Origin: Balanoglossus misakiensis
Taxonomy: Eukaryota; Animalia; Hemichordata
Length of the DNA: 64,000 nucleotides
NCBI GenBank assembly: GCA_040954595.2
Contig: CM082583.2
Span: 1,994,925-2,058,924 of the forward strand
Direction: 5' to 3'
Shown here: one piece after another, positions 49,169 through 62,520 of the stretch
Numbering within the stretch: the first letter of the stretch is position 1
Layout of the letters: each line of letters opens with the position of its first letter
Translations under genes and position numbers: made by a program
Notes under the pieces: generated by a model
What the model was told of the DNA's origin: nothing
Seen by the model: the letters and a program-made list of their open reading frames with translations, nothing else
Databases searched by the model: none

Positions 49169-49434
49169 TATTTTTCGCTGGCACGCCAGTTTTGCTGCTT
49201 TGGTGTTTGTGGTCAACTTTATGGTTGCCACCGAGGCATTCTACGCTTTGCTGAGTAAGTCCGAAAGCCCACAAGATGACCACACTCATTACACAATGTC
49301 CCACGAAGCCTTACTGACTGTAGTGGCCAAATATCTGGAAGACAACCCTCGGACAGGAAGTTCCGTACAGCCCGGTGATTTAGTCGGACTCGATCCGTTG
49401 ACGTCGTCAAGTCTGTGTACAGCCTACTATGGGG
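49169..49434 (+). pseudogene. Orphan paralogous VWA7-like exon 1 (start codon position reads ATT)
   Basis: 49229-49434 is near-identical to 34875-35079; the 5' part encodes a diverged signal peptide of the same length; clean donor g|gtatgc; no downstream exons seen. Confidence 0.85.
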
Positions 49435-49445
49435 GTATGCATTGC

Positions 49446-49775
49446 TTTTAGCCTTGCTGTCATTTGTGTCAGCCGAGCTGTAGCAGTAAGTTGATAAGTG
49501 TCCGTCCGTCGTCCGTCCGTCCGTCCGTCCGGCGTCCGTCAACGTTTGGTATTTCAATCTTCTTCTTTAAAACAACTTGGCATATTTAGCTGAAATTTGG
49601 TTGGAATGTGTGTTATGGTGCCCTTACCGGATTTTGTTAATTTGGAATTGATGGGGTCATGAATATGCAAATTAGATCTAAAAATAGAATTTTTGGTCAA
49701 AAATCTTCTTCTCCATAACTACATGTACGATGGAGCTGAAATTTGGTAGGAATGTGTGTTATGGTGTCCCTACCT
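49446..49775 (+). mobile_element. Helentron-associated non-autonomous element (HINE/DINE-1-like), 5' part
   Basis: TTTTAG start, short inverted repeat, (GTCC)n microsatellite at 49500-49540, and an internal tandem unit of about 146 bp (GCTGAAATTTGGT..GAATGTGTGTTATGGTG twice). Confidence 0.65.
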
Positions 49776-49784
49776 GATGGTACC

Positions 49785-50190
49785 TAAATTGGGAGAAATC
49801 CAGTCTGATACCGACACAGAAAAAGGTATTCATTTGCTACCTAATAAACAGTGTGGGCCCAGATGGGTCACCCGAGATCAGTATACAGAGTCAAAGTGTC
49901 AGCAAACTGAGACACGATCTAATGAGGGCATTGGACAGGCAATCCCTTCCAGCCAAAGTATTAGCCAGGATTGCTGGACAGTGCATATCAATGACTCAGG
50001 CAATTATCCCGGGCAAACTACTACTACGGAGTGTCTATCGACTGCTTGCTACAAAAACTTCATGGGACAATATACTAATAATAAACCAACCAGTGAAACA
50101 GGAAATGGAATGGTGGCTACAAGCCCTCCAATCATGGAATGGCCGTTCAACCTCCACGATCAGTCAACTCCCGCATATATGGCTTCAAAG
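49785..50190 (+). mobile_element. DIRS-type retrotransposon RT / RNase H linker fragment
   Basis: WEKSSLIPTQK...; AKVLARIAGQCISMTQAIIPGKLLLRSVY...SWD...EMEWWLQALQSWNGR is typical of DIRS pol. Confidence 0.8.
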
Positions 50191-50401
50191 TGACACACAG
50201 GATTAACACCTGTTCAACTGGACGATATTTTACCGCAAATGGACAGTAAATACACCAAAGTCGTAACCAATAGCGCGGTTTCCTCAAGATTATCATGAGT
50301 TCGAAGTAGGTACAGCGAGATATTTTAGTTCACTGCAACCTGCAACGTACGACATGGACGCAACCCTCTATGCATATGGTCAAATGTTCGGTATAATAAA
50401 A

Positions 50402-50810
50402 TTAATAACACATGTCATGCTCGGGCAATATCATGATCTTTGGCCCGCCCTCGGGTTGGTGATCTCTGGCCATAATATTGATGATGCCCGAGTCGCATGC
50501 GAGAGTATCATCAATATTATGGTCAGCGATCACCATCCCTCGAGCAGGCTAAAGACCATGATATTGCCCTCGCTAACATGTACGTGTTATTATTTAACTA
50601 TTACAAGAATGTTACGAGAGCCTGTGGTGTGAACAGAATTGAACGCGCAAAGGGCCATGACCTCGTTTGAACTCTCGCATTGAGTATTCAAAAACGCAAC
50701 CAGGGACAGACCACAAAATGAACGAATTCCCCATAGAATTATTTTCTGTCATACTTAGTGGACGTAGACTATCGTCAGCCGCTTGTGTCGCTTGTAACAT
50801 TTCCATGGCA
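50402..50810. mobile_element. Hairpin element (related decayed copies at about 10335-10490 and 56730-56875)
   Basis: Hairpin 50402-50592 (TAATAACACATG...CATGTACGTGTTATTA) with CTCG bulges, followed by a short IR-spacer-IR segment. Confidence 0.7.
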
Positions 50811-51924
50811 ATGTTTCGCGTCTCTGACGCTCGACCCAGAGGTCGCGCGCGACTTCAGCCCTCTTTGGTTGCCATAGCTGGTGATCATCCTCTGTGTACC
50901 TTAGTCTGGTCCCCTGCCTCAATCCCACCGCTGGCTGCGCTAAACTGTTTCCCTCTTTACCAGAAATATCTCAGACAAAAACACTGATACATGTACTTGT
51001 AACTGAATTCAATATGCTATATTTCCTAACAATAACATAGGCCATTACATTTACAATTGGTGTTTGCACAACATATTGTGGCCACCCGCGGCAGTACTAA
51101 GAATTTTGTAACGCGGAAGTAGAATATTTGCCGAGATCCAAAAAAAAAAATTTTCCAAATCAGCCAAAGTAGAAGCGGCGATTCCGATGAACAATTTATT
51201 TTTTTCTTCCTGGCCTTCTATCAGTATTTTTAATCAACAAATATGAGCAGTACATCATTTGTACAGATGTAGCACTGACGTTGATGGGAACGAACAATTA
51301 TTACAAATAAGCATACATGTACATGTATGTGCTGTTTTGAATTCCCGCCCAACCCAATTTTGTATCTGTCCGCCCACGCTTTTCGACCTGAAAATGCGTA
51401 AATTACAAAATATGAATCAGCCAAAATGCGAAAAAAATCGTTTGTCTATGCATTACAAGAAGGTTTGTTTCAGGGGAGACCAAAACAGCTGTGTTACCAT
51501 CCTAATAATAAATATTGGCTTCGGCGAATTCTGGAGCTGACGCTGGGGTTGGCATTTTGTAATGCAGTATTTAAAGTGATTAACGTTTTCCTTTCTTGAG
51601 GGTCGGTTTCATTGCAAAGATGTCAAGTTCGGATTCAGTACATTGTATCGATAGATGGAAGTAGAACCAATTATTCTATTCCTTTACTGGTAAATAAAAT
51701 GTATAGCCAGATGCAGACCTTTTGAATAACATTTTAATTTAGCGCCGCCAATTTTGAAAATAAGCGGATTGTCTATGTAAGCCCCTGTCCCCACCCTTTT
51801 TGGTAAAGCACGTCCCGAGACTCCGCGAGAGCGATTGCATACCCGGCCCGTCCTAACAAATTATGTACACAGTGTAAGAACGGGCTCGTCCCGGTCAGCT
51901 GAGCACAGAGACACTGAAATTGGT

Positions 51925-52930
51925 CAGCGTTTAGTTCTGGCAAAAATGACTTCAAACACCCGAGACAGCTGATCATAACTGCATTCATTCGCCTATTTGA
52001 ACGTTTAGCTGCATGAACCACATCAAGCGTCTTGTCAGCGGATCGGAAAAAACAACAACAGAAATATGATATTCTCCTGGTGAAAATGCAGAAGTGGTAT
52101 GTCGATCGTGACTGCAGTTCACGTTCACGACAATTAAACAAAGTATTTTCTTCTGTGTTTGTTGAGGGCGTCACGGTGAAGCTAAGTCTGTTATATCATG
52201 GCGTGATCATATGCTGTGGGATACTTTGTTGTTCCAAGACGCCTATGCGGTGAACGGTTCCACAACAGACTGAATAGACTTTCCTTTGATGCAACCTTTG
52301 TATATCCATGTCACTTATTCAGAGAAACAAGATACAGGGTGTTGTCGGCATTCTTTTTGAACCCATCCCAGAATAAAGGAGATTTCTGCATTGTAGTGTT
52401 TGAGTAAAAGTGTAAATGTTTGAACATCTTCCCCTTAAAAATTGCCATCCAAAAAGCTATGTGCATTGGCTTGACTAATATTGACAAGGCATTGGGCGAA
52501 ATCCATAAATCTCTATGGTAAAGCTTTCACCTGTAAATGTTTAATATTACAGCACTTTCAACACACTTCAAATCATATATGATACCATTAGGCCTATAGA
52601 ATGTGAACAAATTTCTATGAAATTTTCAGCTATATAAAGTGTTTTTGACTTGGAGGCTTAGAATACCACAGGGTCGCTCCCACTGTGCTTTTATTGTGTG
52701 TTTTATTGTGTGTGCTCCACGATAACATCCCAACACTAATCCTAACTGTTGATTACACCCTAACCCTAACCATTTGATATGCCCTAACATGTCAACAAAC
52801 AAACGTGACCATATTTGTATGTTTTTTATGCCAATCAATAACACCAAACAAACATTTGAATATACCCTAACATTTTATTATGCCAATCAATAACAACACA
52901 CACACACACACACGCGCGAGCGTGTGCACA

Positions 52931-52961
<31 letters not shown>

Positions 52962-55900
52962 CCCCCCCCCCACCCACACACACACACAATAAAAGCATGG
53001 AGGTAGCGCCCCTGTGATAATACAGCGTGATCAGATCCTGAATGCAGACTGGGGCAAGACAGTTGATAGCTTTGTATAAATTTGCAGTCAAGTCTTTGTC
53101 AACTAGCAACCAATGGAGACTACAAAGAACTGGTGACAGATTCTCATTTAGCAAATAACTTTCTCTTGTGATATCAACTAATTCAAGTCCAATATCAATA
53201 TGTGAAGTGCATGATGGAAATGTATGGGGGACTAGATACAGGCAACCGGCAAAACCAATGTTCATGTTAAAATGCAGCAAAGTTCCTCACTTGTTTCCAA
53301 GGCGATCAGTGCTTGAATGGTCAGGGAAAGTGATACAGATTTATCAACTTTGGTATCTGATACAATTTCATTTTTGGGCTTTAATACGAAAAAAACACAC
53401 ATCATCTAAACACAGTATTCCTTTTACTATATTGCTTTTTTAAATATATCATTACAACACAACATGTAATATGGCAGAAAATCCAGACATAAATAAACCC
53501 TTCTCTCAAGATAAAATATTTATATACTCCAATACTCTAGAAGTAGAAACGTATCAACACAAAATATGAAACAATATATACATGCTATATTTGTGCTGAT
53601 TAGGTCTTCTAGTCTATAAGGGTACATTGATTACTTCCAATGAATTTATTATCAATCATTTCCAACATACAGAACCTTAACACTAAACCATATCCAATCC
53701 AAAAGAGCCAATTTGCTATGATTGTCGCTAAACGACAACACCCTTTTGTTTTTTAACATTCACAGTTTTGCATTTAGATCTGGGAAGACACTGTCACCTG
53801 ACATTCAAGTGATGACATCACAAATATAACTTGTGTCAATCCAGTACAGGGACACTGACCGACACAAAAATAACTACACAAATTACATACAGATATGTGG
53901 CCATACCACAAAACATGACAACCCAATATATTTCTCCATCTGTTTTAAGTTTGCATGGTTGAAGATTTTGGAATGATTCAATATGTAGTATTATATTATA
54001 CCAGTATATTGATGGTGTAAATCACGCTATTTGATTGGTCGAGACACGACACGTGACCGTGATATATTAGCCATATACCACAGTCATATATCATAGTCAA
54101 AGAAAATGCCTTTTTAAAATGTTTTATGCCAAGTTTCAATATACTGGTATAATATAATTAAGCAATAAAACACCCCCAGCCATGGTATACCACTCGATTT
54201 TGACCAGTTCAACTCCATATACGCACTCGCTATCGCTCGTGCGTATATGTCGTGAACTGGTCAAAATCTCGTGGTATACCATGGCTGGGGGTGTTTTATT
54301 GCTTAAGTAGTACACAGAGGTACCAGCATCACAGAACTAGAATGATACCAATGCAGTTTTTATTTGGAACACCAATGTGGCTTTTTTGCTCAAATAAAGA
54401 ATATATTCTGCCTTATCATACATTTTTTTACCCTGAGGGTCTGTGAGTACAAGATATAGCATGCATTGTTTTGTAGGTCACAGATATGTTGGCTAATAAA
54501 TGGATGCTTTTAACCTGAACATACAGTGACACATGTCTATTAAGGACACCTTTAGGACAAAATCTGCCCTTAACAGATAGGTGTAGGTAGCTTCAGGTAT
54601 TATTCAATTGAAATTGCAGTTATTGTATTGAAAATTATGTCCTTAAGGATGTACACGCAGAACATAAACCGGATACATTTTGCCTGATCATAATTATTTT
54701 TTTTTTACCCTGAGGGTCTGTGAGTACAAGATATAGCATGCATTGTTTTGTAGGTCACAGATATGCTGGCTAATAAATGAATGCTTTTAACCTGAACATA
54801 CAGTGACACATGTCTATTAAGGACACCTTCAAGACAAAATCTGCCCTTAACAGATAGGTGTAGGTAATACAAAGGTATTTAAATTGTAGCTTTTGTCTTG
54901 AACAATCTGTCCTTATTAAATTGAGATGTGTTCTGATTACGGAGGTGTCTGAAAGGATAGGTTTCACTGTACAGGTTTCATGAAATGCATGATGTTCATG
55001 CTACAACAATTCCATAGTGGAATTCACTCTTCAACTAAACATGTCGTGTCTGTCAAAGACATTTCTCTTCTGCTCCTGCACCTGGTGTTTCCAGTATAGC
55101 TGGGCCGAACCGAAGCGAAAGAAGTTACCTCCAGACCGTCGCCGTGGAGTGACAGTGAAAATCTCCTACAAACGAGAAAAGAAGAACATGGATATTTCAT
55201 TCAGGAACTGAATAGCCTTCCATACGGTGCAGATAAACCCTTTCACCACCATGGTTTTGTCCAAATCCATTGTTTTCTGTGATAATCTGGACCCTCAAAA
55301 GAGGGAAGTGGGGAAGATACGTCATCAGTTTTAAGAAACTACATTTATACCATTGACAGCATTCAACATGGGTGTTTTTTAAGCATGCCACATACAAAAC
55401 GGGTGCATTCACGGAATGTATTTTTCTGTCAATTATCAAAGTCCCAAACTCCAACAAATAGTATTTTCTTAAAGCCCAGATATACTTGATGCTGATCGTA
55501 TAGAGTAGACAGCTGTTATTTTACACAGCACTTTTGCGGATCTTACAAAAATCTTATTTGACTCCATTTTGCAAAAACAATGCACAATTTCTGGTTGAAA
55601 TTAACAAATCTTGGTATAAAACATCCTTCAAAAGTGTGTCAGCAATTTTTCCTCCAACCTTCCAACTAGCTTTTATGATGCTATAACATCTAACAGCAAC
55701 ACTTACAAGATCACATAAAAAAATGTACCTTGTTGAAAATGAACAACACAAGTTTCACTGCAACCTACCGTCTGCAATGGCTGGGATTTCGGAAAGCCTC
55801 TCTTTATACACAACCATGGGTCAACAGCCAGCAATTTCACCAATATATACACACAGCACAAATCAAGGTCACCACAAATATCACCATGACCTTGGAGAGA

Positions 55901-57284
55901 AAATTTAAATAAAAGCATAAAATCAGAGATCAAACGCACAGTTGTAGTTCAAAGATTTGCTGCTGTGGGGCAGCAGGTACATGTACAATGAAGGGAAATT
56001 GAAATCTGTACTGTACACTAATTGCATTCCTGTAAGTTTATTGTCTAGAATCCAGACTCCTGTGTTTTTTATGCTATGCTCCACACAGGGTTTAGCAATT
56101 TGGTCTCCATCTTTGAAATTTTGCTACATTTCCTATTTGCTTGTCAAAGGACTCCAGCCATGGCAACTTAAGGTCACTGATATTGAGCAACACCCCTGCT
56201 CATTAATTCAGTCAATCAGTAGTAGATCAGGTTGTATAATGACTTCTAATGTTCATGATCACATGGTAAGCATTGACCTACGCTGCCACGGTTAGAGTCC
56301 TTTAACTTGCAAATAGCAAAATTTCAAAAATAGAAACCAAATTACTAGACCCTGTGTGGGGAGCATAAAGAAAAACATGGTAGCTAGGGGTTACAGTCTA
56401 CTGGGGATGATTTTCAAGTTCTGTAGTGTGCATCTTTTCTGCACATGACAAATTGTCATTAGAATCAATCTCAATCTCCGGCATCTATGGCTTCAAAGAC
56501 CAACACACCTTAACCTATTCAGTTCGATGATATTTAACTGCAAATGGATAGTAAATACATCAGACTTTCAACCAACAGTTGTTCAAAATTCTCGGAGTTG
56601 AAAGTAGGCCTACAGCTACAGTTCTCCAAAAATCAACGACCCTGGACACACAACTCTAAATTTAATGTTCTATGCTTTATGTACCAAATATTCTGTGTAA
56701 GAAAATGGATAACTCAAAATGCTCGGGAAACATCATGATTTCCTGCCTGCCCTCAGGCTGGTGCTCTCTGCTTGGGCATCATCAATATTATGGTCAGAGA
56801 TCACCACCCCTTGCGTGCAGGCTAAAAATCATGATATTGCCCTCGTTATAAAACATGTGTTATATTATTTAACCATTTACTGGCCATAGGCCTCAGCAAA
56901 AAACTCACCACTCTTCTGCAAATACATTTCCTATGTAGATACTACGCATCTGGTTGTTGTCAGGATTTGATGGACACAATTAATTTCACCTTGTATCGTC
57001 GAACTGGGTCTGGTGGAAGAGAAAAATTGCTGATTTTATTGACTTCCAAATGTCTCTACATTTTGATGTTTGTGGCAGTACACACATGATGTCTAAACTG
57101 GTGACACAGTTACAATTACTCCGTGTACGGTCCCCAAAACTGTCAGTTTCCTCCACAATACTGAATGAGTGAAGAACGTACACATAAAACATGAGCCTAC
57201 TAAGGGGACTGGTCGGTTTCTTCAGCCTGGGGGGAGGGGTGGATTATAGGGGAGGGGGTCACACTGTTTTGGAATTGGGTGATG
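51925..57284. repeat. Arm A' of the multi-kb inverted repeat (reverse complement of 9909-17370 minus arm-specific insertions)
   Basis: Lacks three insertions present in arm A; carries its own 322-bp insertion, a duplication of about 170 bp (54423/54700) and a deletion of about 205 bp at 55026. Confidence 0.92.
53991..54312. mobile_element. IR-spacer-IR-hairpin element with (G)TAGTA direct flanks
   Basis: 22-bp IR (53991 / 54136-54157), hairpin 54158-54306 with core GCACTCGCTATCGCTCGTGC; empty site at about 13497-13503 in the partner arm. Confidence 0.85.
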
Positions 57285-58746
57285 TCATCTCTGGTGCTGG
57301 TGTCTATCCTCCTGTACTTTGCAAGGCTAAATTTATTCCCCCTCTTGCTAAAACATTCATACGTTCGACATGTGTGTGTTTTAAATGATCATCCACAACT
57401 GCTTCAATCTTTTGCCATTCTTTGAGACCTTTGACCTGTCATAGTTCAAAATAGCAGATTTGAATAAGGCTCGCTATTTCTACTGTTCATGATTTTTTGT
57501 TTTGTTTTGTTTTGCGCAAGAAGGGAAAATGAGCTTTGCACACAACGTGAAGGATCAACTAGGCCAACATAACTCCATGAACCCGTCCACATACGGCCCG
57601 GATTTTATGTCGGCCCTGATCCCCCTTTCCGAACGCGACCAAACTAATTCAGCCATGTGCCCACTTAGCGTGTACAAATTGGTTTTTCTATACCGCCCCA
57701 GGCCCAGCACTGATGCTACACCGCCATAATGAGTATGGTGTGACCCCCAAGTGTTTTGCCCCCATTGCATCACATAACAAAGTTTTAAGCTTCTCTTTGT
57801 AAGTCGTCCTGAAGAGGTAAAATCACAACAGTGAACTTTCTATTTGAATTGTGCAATATGCCTGGCTTTGAATTGCATAAAATACAAGTAAATTGTCTGT
57901 CTTGAGTTGGAAGCACGGCTGGTGGACAGCAATTTTCCTGAGGTTATCTTTCGCGGAGTTAAGCACTGGAATCATGTGAAAAGTGGGCAAGACGAGTAGG
58001 GTAAGATTGAGCCCCTAACAGAAATGATGCTTTTTAAAGATTGAACAAAGTAAGAACTTAAAAAATGTATTTGGAATAAATTTATTCACTATATATGAAC
58101 AATAATGAAGATTAATGTTAAAACCCTAGGCATCGACAGAGTCGAACTGTCAATGTGGATACATTCTCCAAGAACACCTCTTGCAGGTAAATTAATTTCA
58201 TTATTTGTTCATTATATAGTGTAGCTAAGTGTGGCTAGGTGGCTAACTGCTGATGTAATAAATCTTGCATACCCATTTGAAACATGTCATAGTATTCAAA
58301 TTGAAATGATGAACAGAAACAATATCTGCTCATCATACTGATATAAAGTGCCAAATAGTTTGTTGACGGTGCACACAATAGCTTTTGGCTTTACCCTGGT
58401 TAACTATTATTATTTTTATTATTTTTAAATTTAATTAAGTGCCTAATGGGCAAAGACCAAAAGCTTCTTGGTCCCATCTCTCCCCCATATAATTTTGGTT
58501 CTTTTTTTGATGCAAGATAATTACATTCTGTGTGATAACCTAGTCTTTTTTTACACGCCTAAAGAGCAGTGAAAAAACCTTGAGCCAAATATAAATGAGG
58601 AAAAACTGCCCTCTCCCCCATCGTTCGATGCAAATATTAAAGGCTAACCCGAATCGTCTTGCTGGCTTTTAATTTTTTTAATGAATTACGATGAACGAGC
58701 GAATTGTGTCGAGGGACGAAGAAAACACGCAGTGTATGGCGACGAA

Positions 58747-58937
58747 CACGGCGACGAGTGACGAAGGAAATGCGGACGAGCGAATGGCACCGAAGGACAC
58801 GTTGGCGACGAACGAATGGCGACGAGTGACGAAGGAAATGCGGACGAGCGAATGGCACCGAAGGACACGTTGGCGACGAACGAATGGCGACGAGCGACGA
58901 AGGAAATGCGGACGAGCGAATGGCACCGAAGGACACA
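58747..58937. repeat. 68-bp minisatellite, 3 units
   Basis: Same unit as 3762-4155; starts at 58758, 58826 and 58894. Confidence 0.93.
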
Positions 58938-61635
58938 ATCTCGGGGAAAGTTGCGAAAAAATCCACGGACGAATCACACGAGCGCATAGCGAAAATAATT
59001 TCTATAAAAGAAAAAAGAACATGTTAAACATACATTTATATAATCATTACACAATTGTATTACAACTACATTACACACCTTTGTCTGCATTACCCTTTAC
59101 AACCTGTACACGTTTAATTTGACCATGTGGCATTACCGGTTACACCTTTTTGTCACTACACTTTAAACCCATAACACACCAACTCATTATTATTAACCCT
59201 CTGTACAGAATTAATGTAACCACGTGGCATAATTTAATTAATTTCCCTTTATTCATTGTTTTCACTAGACCATAAAACCAAACACCAGTCATATTTATAT
59301 ACCCTTTGTTAACACTTTACCACGTGACATAACCTGGCCGTTACACCTTTTTATCACTATAGTCATATTAACCCTCTGTACAGAATTATATGTAACCACG
59401 TGATATAATTACCCTTTTGTACACATTTGTTTCACTATACCATAAAACCATTTAACCACACACTTGTCATTTATATACCCTTTGTTAACACTTTACCACG
59501 TGGCATAACCCTCGATTTTACAGTACATTACTCATCACAACTTTGAAACCAAAATATTATACCCATGCAAACATTTGTATTTCTCAAAGTACCCTTGTTT
59601 GTTTGTGCACAATGTTTACATGGCGCGCCGGTTGCAAAGAAAAACAGTGACAAGACGATACAGCACAGCGCATACAATCAACAAAACACAGAACAATGTC
59701 ACCATATTCGCAGCGTTACACTCTGGGACCAATGCCGACCACTCCATTTTACCATTTCCACCGCGTAGTTTTACCAGAGATCAGCCGCCGTCCATGTTTC
59801 CAAACTGAAAGACAAAGAAATGATGCCGTCTGCGAATTCAAATGCCACTAACGGACAGAGTGGCATCTGCGCATGCGAGTATGATAATTAGCATCCAGAA
59901 AAATCCAGAATAAACCCACTGCGCATGCACTCTAGCCTTTAATTAGACAAAATATTCAGTTCAACGCAACACGTCCTGGTTGGGATTATAATAACAAAAG
60001 AAAGAATTATCAGTTCGGCAAGATTTGAATAACACCGAAAATTCACTGCAGTGGCAACGCGCGTCTAAATTAAATGAGACACCTGATTTTATCAGGCTGA
60101 TTCCACAGGTTGCGCGGTAGTTGAGAGCGCTTGAGCTCTCAACAGCGCAGCGCGACCTGTGGCTGATATAATGGGCATGTAACAAGATTTGCAACATTGT
60201 TGATGCTTATGCAGACATTATGCTTGAAGAAATTTAAAACTCAAACTTTGTAGCCTTTCTGAAGAAAACTCGGCAAATTGTGCGTGTCATTTTTTTCTGT
60301 TACCATGCATTAATTTCACTGACACAGAACACTCCAAGGAAAGATACAGTACACGTCCAAGGACCGCCGATTACATGCACAGGTGGTTACAATGAATGTT
60401 GATAAAACTTTTCTGGAACTGTTTCCATACAGTCAGTTGGACTTGGAAATACACAGGCCCCTATTATGCGACAAGTGACATCATTTCGTTTCTGATAAAA
60501 CGTATCATCGAGCAGTGGTTTTCCACGACAAAACGAGCGTCCACTCAATTTCACTTCCATGTTTCCCACAATAAACTTGTGCAGTTGTGGAATAAAGTCA
60601 GTCATCGGACAAAGCTTAGAGTGTTCGCTCTTCGCGTAGAAACAAGCCCATTTTGTTGGATACTGTGACTATGCCCAAACTTAATAACCATGTTGGGACA
60701 TCCGTATAGAGTAATTACTTGACAGTGAAATGAAAACCATGGAATATTATCTATATATAACAGATTATGATGTTTCACAGAGCTGTTTTGGAATGTGTAA
60801 AGGTGAAATTCGTTCTCGTTCTGACTTCATACCTGACCCACCCATTAGTAAAATGTTGAGGGTCCTTCCACTCGGACAAGCATGCGGCTTTGTGGAAGCT
60901 AGCCGACAGTTATCGCCGGGTTGTCGGATTTGTTGCCGAATTTACCCGATGATCGTACATTCGGCCATGGAATCAGTCTCCAAGTGGAACATGTTTTCTT
61001 GTTTACATAAACCTAGATCTGCTGAAATATCGATCCGATTTTGAAGAGCAGGGCTTCGCTGTAGACCTGCGTACTACATTGTGGAGGCCGTGTAACTATA
61101 ACTCCAGAAACACGTCGCTGTGCTAGACTTTGCTATTTTTATTACGGAAAGTAACCTTCCTAAGTTCAATCCTGAACGATCTAGTCAGCGAAACTCACAA
61201 AGGGGAGATTTTGTACGGTATTGACAATGTGTCCACCCCACAATTGAATGATCACCAGAAACCGAAAGGGGAGCCCTGGTAATGCAGGAGCGAGTCGTAA
61301 ATTAAAATATCTCTAAAAAAACGTTTCCGATCTCCACGGGATTATACGTAGTCGTAGTCATCGCCAGTGAATAAAAGTACAGCCCAATTGTAAGAAGGCA
61401 ATGGCGACGAAATAAACCGAGTGTCAGAAATAACGCGCAGCCCCACCCCACCCCAACGGTACAGCTGCGTACCACAGCTAGCTCGGAGCGAGAGTTTCGG
61501 TACCGAGTTGAGTTACAAATTTGGCCTGAGCTGATGGTTTGGGTTACGCGATCCCATGACTTGGTACACGTTCACACACGCTAAGCTTGTTAAGAAACTA
61601 TTTGGACAGAATAACGGTCAAACAAATATCACATA

Positions 61636-62520
61636 CCGTACTTGCCCGGGTAAGAACCCCTGCTCGGACAAACGCCCCCCCCCCCCCCTGGTTTTAGGGC
61701 CCATTTGAAGATCGAGGTCATATCCGGTCTAAAGCCCCCCCCCCCCCGGCCGAATATCCATTAAATTCTTGGAAATTTAATAAAGTGCAATGCAAAAAAG
61801 GCGGATTTTCATCCCCAAAGTCACTAAAAGTGAACAAAAAATGTATGATGATTTGCTTTCGCGCTGATTATCGTACCCACCGCGGCCGACTGGCCACGCT
61901 GAGTTATATATAGCCGCTGTAGAAAACATGACCTCAGACAGGTCCCTCGGGACCGTGCCTCGAATTCAACGATCACGTAGATGGACGCGCTGCCGCGTGT
62001 GAGGTCACCGGGGAGCTTTCCAAAGCGGCCGCGTGGAGCTGCTTCAGTCCGTCCTCGACGCGAAACACCCAAAATTGGAAGATCCCGACTTGGACTCGGA
62101 GAATGAACCACTCAAAAATTCCGGTAGACAAAGGCATGATTGCCACGATTAAGATAGATGTATTTACGTGCGTCCGTCCGTCGACGTCAAAGTATTAAAT
62201 GCATGGGTGGGATCGACCATTTACCAATGTCCCGGTTAAACGGGATGTTTTGTCTGCGCCCATGGTGTCCCGATTAAACGGCGGCGACTGTAATATGTTT
62301 TCTGTATTTGATTTATGGGTAAAAAACTTTTTATTATTTGACGGTGAAATTTTTGGCCATGTTATTTGCATCATTATTCACCCCTTCCTCGTGTCCCTAG
62401 GCCCTCATTTGCATAAATGTCGAGGTTGCGTCCGGGCTAAAGCCCCCCCCCCCCCCCCCCCCCTGATTTTTCGCTAATCTATGGGCCCAGCACCCGGGGC
62501 TCTTACCCGGGCAAGTACGG
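61636..62520. mobile_element. TA-TSD MITE, duplicate of 7318-8189
   Basis: Same TIRs and flanks. Confidence 0.85.
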
